DNA from: Actinomycetaceae bacterium
Lineage (GTDB): Bacteria; Actinomycetota; Actinomycetes; Actinomycetales; Actinomycetaceae
Direction: 5' to 3'
DNA length: 64,000 bases
Assembly (NCBI GenBank): GCA_030530685.1
Contig: JAUMUM010000009.1
Span: forward strand, 4,465 to 68,464
Position 1 is the first letter of the stretch; the number at the start of each line of letters is the position of its first letter. Made by a program: the position numbers and the translations under genes. Positions 47,665 to 58,382 of this stretch are shown here, piece after piece. The notes beneath the pieces were generated by a model. That model did no database searches, was not told where the DNA came from, and worked only from the letters and a program-made list of their open reading frames with translations.

Positions 47665-49109
47665 TTCCGGTGACGCTCACCGAGGTCGCCCGGGACTGCG
47701 AAGGGACGTTTCGAGCCGGTGGCTCGCCTTCGGTGGTCGCGGACGACGTCGTCACCGCACTGACCACGGACACCCGCACCATCGCAGGTGGTGAGGTCTT
47801 CGCCGCCATAAAGGGAGAGAGAATCGATGGGTCGACGCTGGCGGGCGACGCGCTGAGCGCGGGAGCACGTGCCGTCCTGACGGCCGACCCCGAGGTCGCC
47901 GCCGCTTCCGGCGCTGATCCCGAGCGCATCATCGCCGTGCCTGACGTCAGGCAGGCAATCGGCAAGCTAGCGCGCGCCAACCTCGCGCGTGCCAGGTCTC
48001 GCGGCAATCCCGACCTTCGCGTGGTGGCCGTGACCGGTTCGGTGGGCAAGACGACCACCAAGGACCTCCTGGCCGCGCTCCTGGCTCCGCGCGGTCAGAT
48101 CATCGCCCCTCCGGGATCGCTGAACAACGAGCTCGGGCTGCCGCTGACGGTGCTGCGCGCCGGGCAGGACACGGCCACGCTCGTGCTCGAAATGGGCGCC
48201 GACCACGTCGGCAATATTGACTACCTGACCTCGATCGCCCCTCCCGACGTGGCCGTCGTCCTGGCCGTGGCCCGGGCGCACCTGGGCGAATTCGGTGGCA
48301 TCGACAATGTGGCGCGCGCCAAGTCGGAGCTCGTGACCGGCACCCGCGAAGGCGGCACCGTGATCCTCAATGCCGACGACGAGCGGGTGGCGGCCATGGC
48401 GCAGCTGGCCCGAGGCCCCGTCGTCACGTTCTCGGCGTCGGGAGATGGTGACGTGGCGGCACGGAATGTGGCGCTCGGCGCCGACGGCCGCGCCAGCTTC
48501 GATCTCGCCGTGCGCGTGGGTGGCAGCCTGGCGCGCGAGGGCGAAGGCGGCGCGCGGGTGAGTCTGCGGCTCGTGGGGGAGCATCACGTGAGCAACGCGC
48601 TGGCCGCCGCCGCCGCCGCGCTCGCCGTGGGGGCTGACCTGGCGGATGTGTGCGCCGCGCTCGGCGAGACCGCCGCCGCGAGCCCGCACCGCATGGACGT
48701 CTTCGAGTGCGAAGGCGCCACGATCGTCGACGACTCCTACAATGCCAACCCCGACTCCATGCGCGCCGGTCTGGCGGCCCTGGCCAAGCTGGGCGAGGAC
48801 CGACGCCGCGTGGCGATCCTGGGCGAGATGCTCGAGCTCGGCGAGGCTACCGAGGCCGAGCACGCCAGCCTCGGCCGGTGCGTGGCCGACGCCGGTGTGG
48901 CGGCCCTCGTCTGCCTCGGCAGCGCGACCGCCGCCACCGCCCGTTCGGCCCGCCAGGCGGGCGTTCACGTCCATGACGCCGCCGACTCCGACGGCGCGCT
49001 GGCCGCCCTGCGCAGCATCCTGAAACCGGGTGACGTAGTGTTGCTCAAGGGATCGAACGGCTCGGGCGTGTGGCGCATTGCCGACGCCCTTCGAGGGGAG
49101 GCGAAGTAG
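47661..49109 (+). CDS. murF: UDP-MurNAc-tripeptide--D-Ala-D-Ala ligase.
   Basis: VTGSVGKTTTKD P-loop. Confidence 0.9.
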   Translation: MIPVTLTEVARDCEGTFRAGGSPSVVADDVVTALTTDTRTIAGGEVFAAIKGERIDGSTLAGDALSAGARAVLTADPEVAAASGADPERIIAVPDVRQAIGKLARANLARARSRGNPDLRVVAVTGSVGKTTTKDLLAALLAPRGQIIAPPGSLNNELGLPLTVLRAGQDTATLVLEMGADHVGNIDYLTSIAPPDVAVVLAVARAHLGEFGGIDNVARAKSELVTGTREGGTVILNADDERVAAMAQLARGPVVTFSASGDGDVAARNVALGADGRASFDLAVRVGGSLAREGEGGARVSLRLVGEHHVSNALAAAAAALAVGADLADVCAALGETAAASPHRMDVFECEGATIVDDSYNANPDSMRAGLAALAKLGEDRRRVAILGEMLELGEATEAEHASLGRCVADAGVAALVCLGSATAATARSARQAGVHVHDAADSDGALAALRSILKPGDVVLLKGSNGSGVWRIADALRGEAK

Positions 49110-50195
49110 ATGCTGTCGGTTCTTGCCGCGGGAGCGATCTCCCTGATCGTCACCTTCTTCGGGACCCCGGTGTTTATCAAGCTGCTCGTGGTCAAGCAGT
49201 ACGGGCAGTTCATCAGGCAGGACGGGCCGACGAGCCATCAGATCAAGCGCGGCACGCCCACCATGGGCGGCGTCATGATCATCCTCGGCACGCTGCTCGG
49301 CTACATCGGCGGTAATGTCGTGGCAGGCCGCACGCCCCACGCCTCGGGACTGCTCCTGCTCTTCCTCATGGTCGGCCTGGGACTCATCGGCTTCCTCGAC
49401 GACTTCGCCAAGATCCGACAGAGACAGTCTCTGGGCCTGACGCCGTGGATGAAGATCGTCGGACAGGGCGCCGTGGGCATCATCTTCGCCGTCCTTGCAC
49501 TGAGGTTCAGGAATTCGGAGAACCGCACGCCGGCATCCATGCGCCTGTCCGTCCTACGCGACACGCGCTTCGACCTGGCCTTCGCCGGCGTGGTCATCGG
49601 GGTCTTCCTCTTCGTGCTCTGGGCCAACTTCCTCATCACCGCGTGGTCGAATGCCGTCAATCTGACCGACGGCCTCGACGGTCTGGCCACCGGCGCGTCA
49701 ATGTTCGCCTTCGGCGCCTACACGGTCATCACGATGTGGCAGTCCAACCAGTCGTGCGTGGGCATCGTCAGCGCCGCCCCGGGCTGTTATGACGTTCGCG
49801 ATCCGAGGGACCTGACGATCGTCTGTGCCGCCATCGTCGGCGCCTGCTTCGGTTTCCTGTGGTGGAATACCTCGCCAGCGCAGATCTTCATGGGCGACAC
49901 CGGCTCGCTGGCCCTCGGCGGGGCTTTCGCCGGCCTGTCCATCCTCACTCACACGGAGGTGCTCGCCATCTTCCTGGGTGGCCTGTTCGTCATCGAAGTC
50001 GTCTCCGACGTCATCCAGGTCGGTTTCTTCAAGCTCACCCGAAAACGCGTCTTCCGCATGGCGCCGCTGCACCACCACTTCGAGCTCAAGGGGTGGAACG
50101 AAGTGACCGTCGTCGTGCGCTTCTGGATCATCCAGGCGCTGCTCATGTGCTTCGGTCTGGGCGTCTTCTACGCGGATTGGCTGGCGCGGCAATGA
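49110..50195 (+). CDS. mraY: Phospho-N-acetylmuramoyl-pentapeptide transferase.
   Basis: Multi-TM protein with NAVNLTDGLDGLA and FMGDTGSLALG motifs. Confidence 0.93.
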   Translation: MLSVLAAGAISLIVTFFGTPVFIKLLVVKQYGQFIRQDGPTSHQIKRGTPTMGGVMIILGTLLGYIGGNVVAGRTPHASGLLLLFLMVGLGLIGFLDDFAKIRQRQSLGLTPWMKIVGQGAVGIIFAVLALRFRNSENRTPASMRLSVLRDTRFDLAFAGVVIGVFLFVLWANFLITAWSNAVNLTDGLDGLATGASMFAFGAYTVITMWQSNQSCVGIVSAAPGCYDVRDPRDLTIVCAAIVGACFGFLWWNTSPAQIFMGDTGSLALGGAFAGLSILTHTEVLAIFLGGLFVIEVVSDVIQVGFFKLTRKRVFRMAPLHHHFELKGWNEVTVVVRFWIIQALLMCFGLGVFYADWLARQ

Positions 50196-51661
50196 CGCGC
50201 ACCATTGCCGGAGCGGCGCAGCTTGCGGGCAAGAAGGTCGCCGTCGTTGGGCTCGGCAAGTCCGGCAGGGGCTGCCTGGCGGCCCTGGGTGAGCTGACCG
50301 AGGCCGTCGTGGGGGCGTGGGACTCGCGGCGAGAGGCCCTCGAGGAGGTCGACGGCGCTGGCCTAGCCGCCCTCGACCACTGCGAAGATCCACGTGAGCT
50401 GGCGCGCAGGATCGATGCCTGGAACCCGGACATCGTGATCCCCGCTCCGGGGATTGCGGAGACCGGACCGCTATTCGCCACTTCGCAGCGGGCGGGCCGG
50501 CCGGTGTGGAGCGAGATCGAACTGGCCTGGCGCCTGAGGGCATTCGACGACGGGGCGAGCGCGCCATGGCTGTGCGTGACCGGAACCAACGGCAAGACGA
50601 CCACGGTGGGCATGACCGAGGCGATCCTTCGGGCCGCTGGACTGCGCGCGCAGGCCATCGGCAACGTCGGCACGCCCGCCGTGACGACGACCTCGCGGAT
50701 GGACGACGCGGCCCCGCAGGCTCTGGCCGTCGAGTTGTCCTCCTTCCAGCTGCGCTCGACGCATTCGATGTCGCCGCTGGCCTCGGCCTGCCTGAACATC
50801 GCTGACGACCACCTCGAATGGCACGGCTCCAGGCAGGCCTACTGGCAGGCCAAGGCGCGTATCTTCGAGCGGGTCCAGGCGGCGTGCGTGTACCCGGTCG
50901 GCGACGCCTCCGTCCAGCGCATGGTCGACGGCGCCGACGTCGTCGAGGGGGCGCGAGCCATTGGCGTGACGATGTCCGTGCCCGCCGTGGGGCAGATCGG
51001 GCTCGTCGGCGGGCTAGTCGTCGACCGCGCCTACGGCGAGGGCCGCTTCTCGCAGGGCATCGAGCTGTTCGAGCTCGACGACCTAGAACATCTGGCACCT
51101 GGCGGCGGCGAACTCCCGGCCCACATCGTCTGGGACGCCGTGACCGCGGCGGCGCTGGCTCGCGCGGCGGAGGTGCCCGCCGAGGCCGTGCGGCAGGCCA
51201 TGCGCGACTTTACGGGCGGCGGGCATCGGATCGAGCTCGTGGCGACCTCTCAGGGCGTGAACTATGTTGACGATTCCAAGGCGACGAACGCGCACGCCGC
51301 CAGGGCCTCGCTCGCGGCGCACGCGGACGGCAGCGTCGTGTGGATCGTCGGAGGCCTGGCAAAGGGTGCGAGCTTCGACGATCTCGTGGCCAGCGTCGTG
51401 GGCAAGGTGCGCGGCGTCGTCGTCATCGGCGTCGACCAGGAGCCGTGGCGCCGGGCGTTGGAGCCGCACGATCTGCCCGTTGCCTACATCGATCCGAACT
51501 CTTCGGCGATCATGGACGAGGCGGTCGAGCGGGCACGATCGATGGCGCGTAACGGCGACACCGTGCTCTTGGCGCCGGCCTGCGCGTCCATGGACCAGTT
51601 CGCCTCGTACGCCGAGCGCGGCGAGGCCTTCGGCCGCGCCGTGAGGAGCCTCAATGGCTGA
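50192..51661 (+). CDS. murD: UDP-MurNAc-L-Ala--D-Glu ligase.
   Basis: ATG overlaps the mraY stop. N-terminal GLGKSG and P-loop VTGTNGKTTT. Confidence 0.9.
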   Translation: MTRTIAGAAQLAGKKVAVVGLGKSGRGCLAALGELTEAVVGAWDSRREALEEVDGAGLAALDHCEDPRELARRIDAWNPDIVIPAPGIAETGPLFATSQRAGRPVWSEIELAWRLRAFDDGASAPWLCVTGTNGKTTTVGMTEAILRAAGLRAQAIGNVGTPAVTTTSRMDDAAPQALAVELSSFQLRSTHSMSPLASACLNIADDHLEWHGSRQAYWQAKARIFERVQAACVYPVGDASVQRMVDGADVVEGARAIGVTMSVPAVGQIGLVGGLVVDRAYGEGRFSQGIELFELDDLEHLAPGGGELPAHIVWDAVTAAALARAAEVPAEAVRQAMRDFTGGGHRIELVATSQGVNYVDDSKATNAHAARASLAAHADGSVVWIVGGLAKGASFDDLVASVVGKVRGVVVIGVDQEPWRRALEPHDLPVAYIDPNSSAIMDEAVERARSMARNGDTVLLAPACASMDQFASYAERGEAFGRAVRSLNG

Positions 51662-53180
51662 CGACGGACGTTCTTCGCGCGACCGGCCAGGCTCCCGACC
51701 GGCCGGGCGCGGCGAGGCCGGGACGTCGGGTGCGCGCGGGGACAGGCGGGCGCCGCGGGACCGCGCCGGGCGCAGTACGGTCGCCGGCGACGGCAAGCGC
51801 CGGGCTGCGGGCAAGCGGGCTGCGGGCACGTCAAAGGCGGTGTCCAGGCGGGGCGAGGAGCCGGACCGCGAGGTCCGCAAACTATCGGCCGTCAAGGCGC
51901 CGCCGGCCGGGGAAGCGGACGAGCCGGCACTGTCACAGGAGCGCTTGCGTGAGACGATGCAGCAGTCCATCGCGCTCATCCTCATTTCCTCGGCCGCCCT
52001 GTTGATCATCGGCGTGGTCATGGTCTATTCGGCCACGGCACCCTCCGTCATTCGCGATGCCCACCTGTCCGGCAGGGTCGCCACTTTCGAAACGGGCAAC
52101 CTGCAGCTGGGTTACGCCCTGGCCGGCGTCGTCCTGGCGGTCGTGGCCTCCTTCATACCTCTGCGTGTCTACCAGCGATTCGCGGGTTTCATCTTCTTCG
52201 CCGGCGTCGTCCTCCAGTTGCTCGTCCTGACGCCACTGGGCACCTCCGCGCTGGGCAACACCAACTGGATACGGCTATTTGGCCCGATCAGAATCCAGCC
52301 CTCGGAGTTCCTCAAACTCGCCACGATCGTGTGGCTGGCCGTCCAGCTGGGCAGGGTGCGAGACAACGACTGGCGCTTGCGGGCCTTCGTCTTCCCGAAC
52401 TGGCCCGTGGTGCCCCAGGCCATACGAGGGCAGAGCTTCATGCCCGCGGGCACAGGGGCGATCGTCGGACTCGTCGCGATCCTCGCGGGCCAGGACATGG
52501 GAACGGCCATGGTGTACGGCCTCATCTGCTCGGGGATTTTCTGGCTGGCCGGCATGCCGAGGCGATACTTCCTGGCGATCGTCGGTACGGCCCTGTTCGG
52601 ATCGGCCGTTCTCATCGCCATGAACTTCTCGCGCCTCAACCGCGTCAGGGAGTACGTGAGCACGCTCGTGGGAATGCCGGATTCCTCCGACCCCAAGCAG
52701 ATCGACTTCGCCCTGTGGGCCTTCGGCTCGGGCGGCCTTTCGGGCGGCGGGCTCGGCACGGGCATCGAAAAGTGGCCGGGCAATCTGGCCGAGGCCAAAA
52801 ATGATTTCATCTTCGCCGTCATCGGCGAGGAGCTGGGCATGCTCGGGTGCCTCGTGGTGATCCTGATGTTCGTGGTCCTGGGATGGGGGCTCATGAGGAT
52901 TTGCCTGGCGCACCCGTCGCGGGTGGCGTCGCTGGCGTGCGGTGGTGCCGCCATCTGGATATGCGGGCAGGCGATCGCGAACATGCTGGTCGTCACGGGA
53001 GTTGTTCCCGTCTTTGGTGTGCCACTGCCCTTCGTCTCCCAGGGCGGGTCGGCCGTCGTCGCCTGCCTTCTGGCCGTAGGATTTGCCGTGTGCTGTGCGC
53101 GGTCCGCACCCGGCATGGGGCGCACGTCGCGCGTTTCTGGCAGGTTGGCGTATCGTGCGCGCGCCGTCGTGAAAGGGTAG
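51654..53180 (+). CDS. ftsW: FtsW (SEDS-family peptidoglycan glycosyltransferase) with an approximately 100-aa Arg/Gly/Asp-rich N-terminal tail.
   Basis: Multi-TM SEDS core. dcw position between murD and murG. Confidence 0.85.
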   Translation: MADDGRSSRDRPGSRPAGRGEAGTSGARGDRRAPRDRAGRSTVAGDGKRRAAGKRAAGTSKAVSRRGEEPDREVRKLSAVKAPPAGEADEPALSQERLRETMQQSIALILISSAALLIIGVVMVYSATAPSVIRDAHLSGRVATFETGNLQLGYALAGVVLAVVASFIPLRVYQRFAGFIFFAGVVLQLLVLTPLGTSALGNTNWIRLFGPIRIQPSEFLKLATIVWLAVQLGRVRDNDWRLRAFVFPNWPVVPQAIRGQSFMPAGTGAIVGLVAILAGQDMGTAMVYGLICSGIFWLAGMPRRYFLAIVGTALFGSAVLIAMNFSRLNRVREYVSTLVGMPDSSDPKQIDFALWAFGSGGLSGGGLGTGIEKWPGNLAEAKNDFIFAVIGEELGMLGCLVVILMFVVLGWGLMRICLAHPSRVASLACGGAAIWICGQAIANMLVVTGVVPVFGVPLPFVSQGGSAVVACLLAVGFAVCCARSAPGMGRTSRVSGRLAYRARAVVKG

Positions 53181-53183
53181 TCG

Positions 53184-54302
53184 ATGTTGAATGTCGTGAT
53201 GGCCGGAGGGGGAACCGCCGGTCATGTCAATCCGCTGCTCGCCACCGCCCATGCCGTGGGCGAACGTGGCGGGCAGGTGGTGGCCGTCGGAACGGCCGGA
53301 GGGCTAGAGACAACGCTCGTGCCCGGTGCCGGGCTGAAGCTTGAGACGATAGCGCGCGTGCCGTTTCCGCGTCGGCCAAATCTCGACGTCGTGCGCTTCC
53401 CGGGAAAGTATCGGGGTGCCGTGGCCGAGGCGGGCAGGATCCTCGATGCGGCGAGTGCCGACGTGGCCGTCGGCTTCGGCGGGTTCGCCTCAACGCCGCT
53501 GTATGCGGCCGCTAGGAAGAGGGGCATTCCCGTTGTCATCCACGAACAGAACGCCAAGCCGGGCTTGGCCAACCGCTACGGTGCGCTTTTTGCCAAGGTG
53601 GTGGCGCTGACCTTCCCGTCGACGCCGCTCAAGGCGCGGCAGGGGCAGACGCAGACGGTCGGGCTGCCGCTGCGCCCGGCCATCGCACGGCTGGCCACGG
53701 CTCGCACCGAGCGGGAGGCCTCCCTTCAGGCTCGCAATGATGCGGCGCAGCGCCTGGGCGTGGACCCGTCCCTGCCCACGCTCCTCGTCACCGGAGGGTC
53801 GCTCGGCGCCCAGCACCTCAACGAGGTCCTCGTGGCCTCGATACGCAAGGTCGCCGAATCGGGCATCCAGGTCGTCCACCTGACGGGCAGGGGCAAGGAC
53901 GAGCCCGTGCGCGAGGCCGCGGGCGGCAACGAGCGGTACCACGTCCTCGATTACCTGGGCGACATGGACCTGGCCTACGCCGTGGCCGACCTGGTCCTGT
54001 GCCGCTCGGGCGCGGGGACCGTGGCGGAACTATGCGCGCTGTCACTACCCGGATTCTTCGTGCCGCTGCCCATAGGAAACGGGGAGCAGGAAAAGAACGC
54101 GGCCGACGTCATTGCCTCCGGCGGGGCGCGCCTCGTTCGTGACAAGCAGTTCGACGAAGCAGTCTTCACCCGCGAGGTCCTGCCACTGGTTGGCGATGGC
54201 GCGAGGCTTCAGCGCATGGCCGACGCGGCACGCGGCCTCGGCCCCGTCGACGCAGCCGAGCGTCTGGCCGAACTGATCATTGGCGTCGGGGAGGGGCGAT
54301 GA
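53184..54302 (+). CDS. murG: UDP-GlcNAc:lipid I GlcNAc transferase.
   Basis: GGGTAGHVNP N-terminal motif. Confidence 0.9.
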   Translation: MLNVVMAGGGTAGHVNPLLATAHAVGERGGQVVAVGTAGGLETTLVPGAGLKLETIARVPFPRRPNLDVVRFPGKYRGAVAEAGRILDAASADVAVGFGGFASTPLYAAARKRGIPVVIHEQNAKPGLANRYGALFAKVVALTFPSTPLKARQGQTQTVGLPLRPAIARLATARTEREASLQARNDAAQRLGVDPSLPTLLVTGGSLGAQHLNEVLVASIRKVAESGIQVVHLTGRGKDEPVREAAGGNERYHVLDYLGDMDLAYAVADLVLCRSGAGTVAELCALSLPGFFVPLPIGNGEQEKNAADVIASGGARLVRDKQFDEAVFTREVLPLVGDGARLQRMADAARGLGPVDAAERLAELIIGVGEGR

Positions 54303-55672
54303 CGGCTTTCCACTTCATTGGAATCGGCGGGGCGGGAATGAGCGTCGTCGCCGACCTTTTGGCCGCCAGAGGTCAGAGCATTTCGGGTTCGGATAACCGG
54401 GCTTCCGATACGACCAGGCGCCTTCAGGAGGCGGGGATCGACGTCGCCATCGGCCACGACGCAGCCAATGTTCCGGCCGACGCGGTGGTCGTCGTCTCCT
54501 CGGCCATTCGCGAGACCAACCCGGAACTGGCGCTCGCGCGCGGGAGGGGGCAGACGATCCTCCACCGTTCCCAGGCTCTCGCCCTGGCGGCCGCGGGAAT
54601 GGACTTCGTCGCGGTGGCCGGGGCCCACGGCAAGACGACGACGTCGGCCATGATCGCCACGGCGCTGCGCCAGGCGGGCGAGGACCCGTCGTGGGCGATC
54701 GGCGGCACCGTCATGGGTGTGGGCGGCGGCGCTCACCTCGGCCAGGGCCGTGTCTTCGTGGCGGAGGCCGACGAGTCGGACGCCTCCTTCCTCAACTACG
54801 AGCCGCGGCTCGCGCTCGTGACCAACGTCGAGCCGGACCACCTCGACCACTACGGCAGTCGCGAGGCTTTCGAGGATGCGTTCGTGCAATTCGCTCACCG
54901 CATCGTGCCGGGCGGGCTACTCGTGGCGTGCGCCGACTCGGAAGGGTCGCGCTCGTTGGCGCGACAGGCGGCGAGCGAAGGCATCCGCGTGGTGACTTAC
55001 GGTTTTGGTGAGGCCGTCGACGGCGCGCAGCGCCACGTCCGCGTCACACTGGACAGGGCCGGCGCTCACGGCATCGACGGTTCCTTTGACGACGGGCTAG
55101 GCCCGGTTGCCGTCCGGCTCGCCGTGGTCGGCCAGCACAATCTTCTCAACGCGGCCGGGGCGTGGGCCGCGGGTGTCGAGCTCGGCGTGGACCGGGCCGC
55201 CATGGCCGACGCCCTGGCGAGCTTCGCGGGCACGGGACGCAGGTTCGAGCTGCGCGGCAGTGCGCGGGGGGTGCGCGTCGTCGACGACTACGCCCACCAC
55301 CCCACGGAGATCGAGGCGACTCTGCGCGCCGCCCGGGCCGTGGCCGGCGATGGGCGCCTGCGCGTGCTCTTCCAGCCCCACCTGTATTCGCGTACGCACA
55401 ACTTCGCCGCCGAGTTCGCCAAGGCGCTCAGCCTGGCGGACGACGTCGTGGTCACCGCGGTCTACGCGGCGCGCGAGGACCCGATCGAGGGCGTGGAGTC
55501 GGACATCATCACCCAGCGCATGGACGGCCGCGCCCGCTTCGTGCGCGAGCGCATGGACGCCGCCCGCGACATTGCCTCGCGCGCGCAAGGCGGTGACCTC
55601 GTGCTGACGGTCGGCGCGGGCGATGTCACCGAGCTTGGCCCCGTCATCCTCGAGGAGCTCGAAGCGCAATGA
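54299..55672 (+). CDS. murC: UDP-N-acetylmuramate--L-alanine ligase.
   Basis: FIGIGGAGMS and the AGAHGKTTT P-loop. Confidence 0.9.
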   Translation: MTAFHFIGIGGAGMSVVADLLAARGQSISGSDNRASDTTRRLQEAGIDVAIGHDAANVPADAVVVVSSAIRETNPELALARGRGQTILHRSQALALAAAGMDFVAVAGAHGKTTTSAMIATALRQAGEDPSWAIGGTVMGVGGGAHLGQGRVFVAEADESDASFLNYEPRLALVTNVEPDHLDHYGSREAFEDAFVQFAHRIVPGGLLVACADSEGSRSLARQAASEGIRVVTYGFGEAVDGAQRHVRVTLDRAGAHGIDGSFDDGLGPVAVRLAVVGQHNLLNAAGAWAAGVELGVDRAAMADALASFAGTGRRFELRGSARGVRVVDDYAHHPTEIEATLRAARAVAGDGRLRVLFQPHLYSRTHNFAAEFAKALSLADDVVVTAVYAAREDPIEGVESDIITQRMDGRARFVRERMDAARDIASRAQGGDLVLTVGAGDVTELGPVILEELEAQ

Positions 55673-56964
55673 GGCCCCCGCGTCGTCCCCGGAAGCCGGC
55701 CAGCCTGACGGGCGGGCCGGGTGGCTCGGGGCGCGCCGAGCGCCGGCCCGGCTCCCCGTCTGGCCGCGGCAAGGAGCGTGCGGCCGACGGCGGGGACTCC
55801 GGCGGCAGGGACGCTCGCGGCGGGGAGACCGACGGCCGCGCGCAGCGGGCTCGCTCCGGCCGGGCCGACGCGCATCCGGCGCGCGAACCGCGGGCCGAGT
55901 CTCGCGGCGCGCCGGACCGCCCGTCGATGGACAGCTTCGAGAAGGCGCGTCGGGAAAGGGCCCGTCAGTTGCGCGAAAGGGCCGCGAGCCGGGCGAGCGC
56001 CCCGCGGGCCGAGCGTGGCGAGGAAAAGCCTGCGGGCCGGGCGAGCACCCCGCGCGGCGAGCGTGGCGAGGTGACGAAGAGGGGTGTGACCGTGGTCGGC
56101 GCAGGCCCCTCGGGGGCAGATGCGGCCCTCCTCGTCGAAGAGGTCTCCGGCGGGGGCGGCCATTCGAGTCGCGGCGATTCGAGTCGTGGTGAGCGGGCAC
56201 GGGCACCCATTGAAATGTCGCAGCGGCGCGCCGAGCGCCAGGCCGAGCGGCGGCGCGTCACGCGGCGTCGCGCGATCATCGCGGCACTGTGCGTCGTCGT
56301 CGCGGCGTGCCTCACGTGGGTGGCCGCCTTCAGTCCGCTCCTGGCTTTTCGCGCGGGACGAGTCGAGGTCAGCGGGGCCGACGGGACGCTGGTCAAGGCG
56401 GAGCAGGTCGAGCGCGCCCTCAATGGGTACACGGGAACGCCCCTGCTGCGGCTGAACACCGGCGCCGCACAGCGGGCCATCGAGAAGGCCAATCCACTCG
56501 TCAAGGAGGCCAAGGTCTCGCGTTCCTTCCCCAGCGGACTCAACGTCGAGCTAAAGGTCCGCCAGCCGGTGGCCTGCCTCGACGAAGACGGCTCCTGCCA
56601 AGCAATCGACGCCGATGGCGTGAGGATTGACGTTCCGGACGAGATAGCCAGCGAGCTGCCCACGCTCAATTTGCGCACAGACAATGCGGCTGAGGCGACG
56701 AAGTCAATGGTCACCGTCCTGGCAGCGCTTGACGCAAGGACACGATCGCGCATCGCGAGCGTCTCGGTCAGCCCCACGGGCCAGGTCTCGTTCAGCCTCG
56801 AGGACGGGGCGAGCGTCGTGTGGGGCAGGCCCGAAGACAATGCGAAGAAGGCCAAGGTCCTGTCCTCCCTCCTGGATCAGGGAGCCTCCGGTTACGACGT
56901 GTCTGCCCCGAACGCGCCGGTCGCCAACCCTGGCGGCGAGGCGAATGTGAGCGAGAGCCCATGA
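55669..56964 (+). CDS. ftsQ: Cell-division protein FtsQ/DivIB with an approximately 200-aa Arg/Gly-rich disordered N-terminal tail.
   Basis: Single TM helix, then POTRA-like and FtsQ domains. dcw position between murC and ftsZ. The tail contains a 48-bp tandem duplication (55991-56086). Confidence 0.75.
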   Translation: MRPPRRPRKPASLTGGPGGSGRAERRPGSPSGRGKERAADGGDSGGRDARGGETDGRAQRARSGRADAHPAREPRAESRGAPDRPSMDSFEKARRERARQLRERAASRASAPRAERGEEKPAGRASTPRGERGEVTKRGVTVVGAGPSGADAALLVEEVSGGGGHSSRGDSSRGERARAPIEMSQRRAERQAERRRVTRRRAIIAALCVVVAACLTWVAAFSPLLAFRAGRVEVSGADGTLVKAEQVERALNGYTGTPLLRLNTGAAQRAIEKANPLVKEAKVSRSFPSGLNVELKVRQPVACLDEDGSCQAIDADGVRIDVPDEIASELPTLNLRTDNAAEATKSMVTVLAALDARTRSRIASVSVSPTGQVSFSLEDGASVVWGRPEDNAKKAKVLSSLLDQGASGYDVSAPNAPVANPGGEANVSESP

Positions 56965-57080
56965 AGCGGCGCGACACACCTCGAATGGTCGTTGAACCCT
57001 CGGGATCTGGGCTCTACCTTGTCCGCGAAGCTAGACGCGAAAACCCTCAAGCAGCACTTGAGGTTTGAAAGGAAGTTGCG

Positions 57081-58316
57081 ATGCCCGCACTCAATAACGG
57101 CGCGAACATCAAGGTCATAGGCGTCGGTGGCGGCGGCGTCAACGCCGTCGATCGCATGATCCAGGACGGGCTTGCCGGCGTCGAGTTCATCGCCATCAAC
57201 ACCGACGGCCAGTCCCTCGTCAAGTCCGAGGCCGAGACGAAGCTCGACATCGGGCGTGAGGTCTCGCGAGGTCTCGGTGCCGGGGCTGACCCCGCCGTCG
57301 GCCGGCGTGCCGCCGAAGAGAACACGGACGTGATCCGCGCGGCCCTCGACGACGCCGATATGGTCTTCGTCACCGCGGGTGAAGGCGGCGGAACCGGCAC
57401 CGGCGCGGCGCCCGTCGTGGCGGAAATAGCCCGCAGCATCGGTGCCCTGACCGTCGGCGTGGTGACCCGTCCCTTTTCCTTCGAGGGGCGCCAGCGCGCC
57501 AATAACGCGACGTCGGGCCTCCTGGAGCTGCGCAAGTCGGTCGACACCCTCATCGTCATTCCCAACGATCGCCTGCTGGAGATCGCCGATGAGAACCTGA
57601 CGGTCGTCGAGGCCTACCACCTGGCCGACGAGGTCCTGCGCAACGGTGTCAAGGGCATCTCCGACCTCATCACGATCCCGGGGCTGGTCAACCTCGACTT
57701 CGCGGACGTCAAGGCCATCATGAAGGACGCCGGCACGGCCCTCATGGGCATCGGCGAGGCCACGGGTGACGACCGTGCCATGCGCGCGGCCGAGGCGGCC
57801 ATTTCCTCGCCGCTGCTGGAGGCGAGCATCGAGGGTGCCCACGGCGTCCTGCTGTCCTTCCAGTCGGGCGAGAACTTCGCCCTGTCCGAGATGAACAACG
57901 CCTCCAAGCTCGTCCAGGAGGCGGCCGACCAGAATGCCAACATCATCTTTGGCCACATCATCGACGATTCGCTCGGCGACCTCGTGCGCGTGACGGTCAT
58001 TGCTGCGGGCTTCGACGAGCCCGAGGAGAACGTCATCCCCGTGTCTCGCACCTCCAGCCCGGCTAAGGCGACTCCGCCCGTCAGCGTTCCCGCCCATCTC
58101 GACGATAGCCCCGCTCCCGAGCCCGAGCCGATCCGTCCGGTCGTTACGGGAAGCTTCGCCACGCCCATCAAGCCGGTGGCCGAGGAGCCGCCCGCCGTCT
58201 CCCTGCCGAGCCCCGAGCCCGCACCGGAGCCGGCTATCCCGCCGGCGCCCAGCCAGAGGCAGGCACGGCACAGCCGCGACCTTGACATCCCGGCCTTCCT
58301 TTTCGACGAGAACTAG
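57081..58316 (+). CDS. ftsZ: Cell-division GTPase FtsZ.
   Basis: Tubulin signature motif ([18 protein letters not shown]), T7 loop, and a Pro/Ala-rich C-terminal linker. Confidence 0.97.
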   Translation: MPALNNGANIKVIGVGGGGVNAVDRMIQDGLAGVEFIAINTDGQSLVKSEAETKLDIGREVSRGLGAGADPAVGRRAAEENTDVIRAALDDADMVFVTAGEGGGTGTGAAPVVAEIARSIGALTVGVVTRPFSFEGRQRANNATSGLLELRKSVDTLIVIPNDRLLEIADENLTVVEAYHLADEVLRNGVKGISDLITIPGLVNLDFADVKAIMKDAGTALMGIGEATGDDRAMRAAEAAISSPLLEASIEGAHGVLLSFQSGENFALSEMNNASKLVQEAADQNANIIFGHIIDDSLGDLVRVTVIAAGFDEPEENVIPVSRTSSPAKATPPVSVPAHLDDSPAPEPEPIRPVVTGSFATPIKPVAEEPPAVSLPSPEPAPEPAIPPAPSQRQARHSRDLDIPAFLFDEN

Positions 58317-58382
58317 TCCGCGCGGCGGCCGCCTGGGTGGCGGTCGCCGTCGCGGTCGTGCTGGTAAGAGCGGAAGGGGCTC

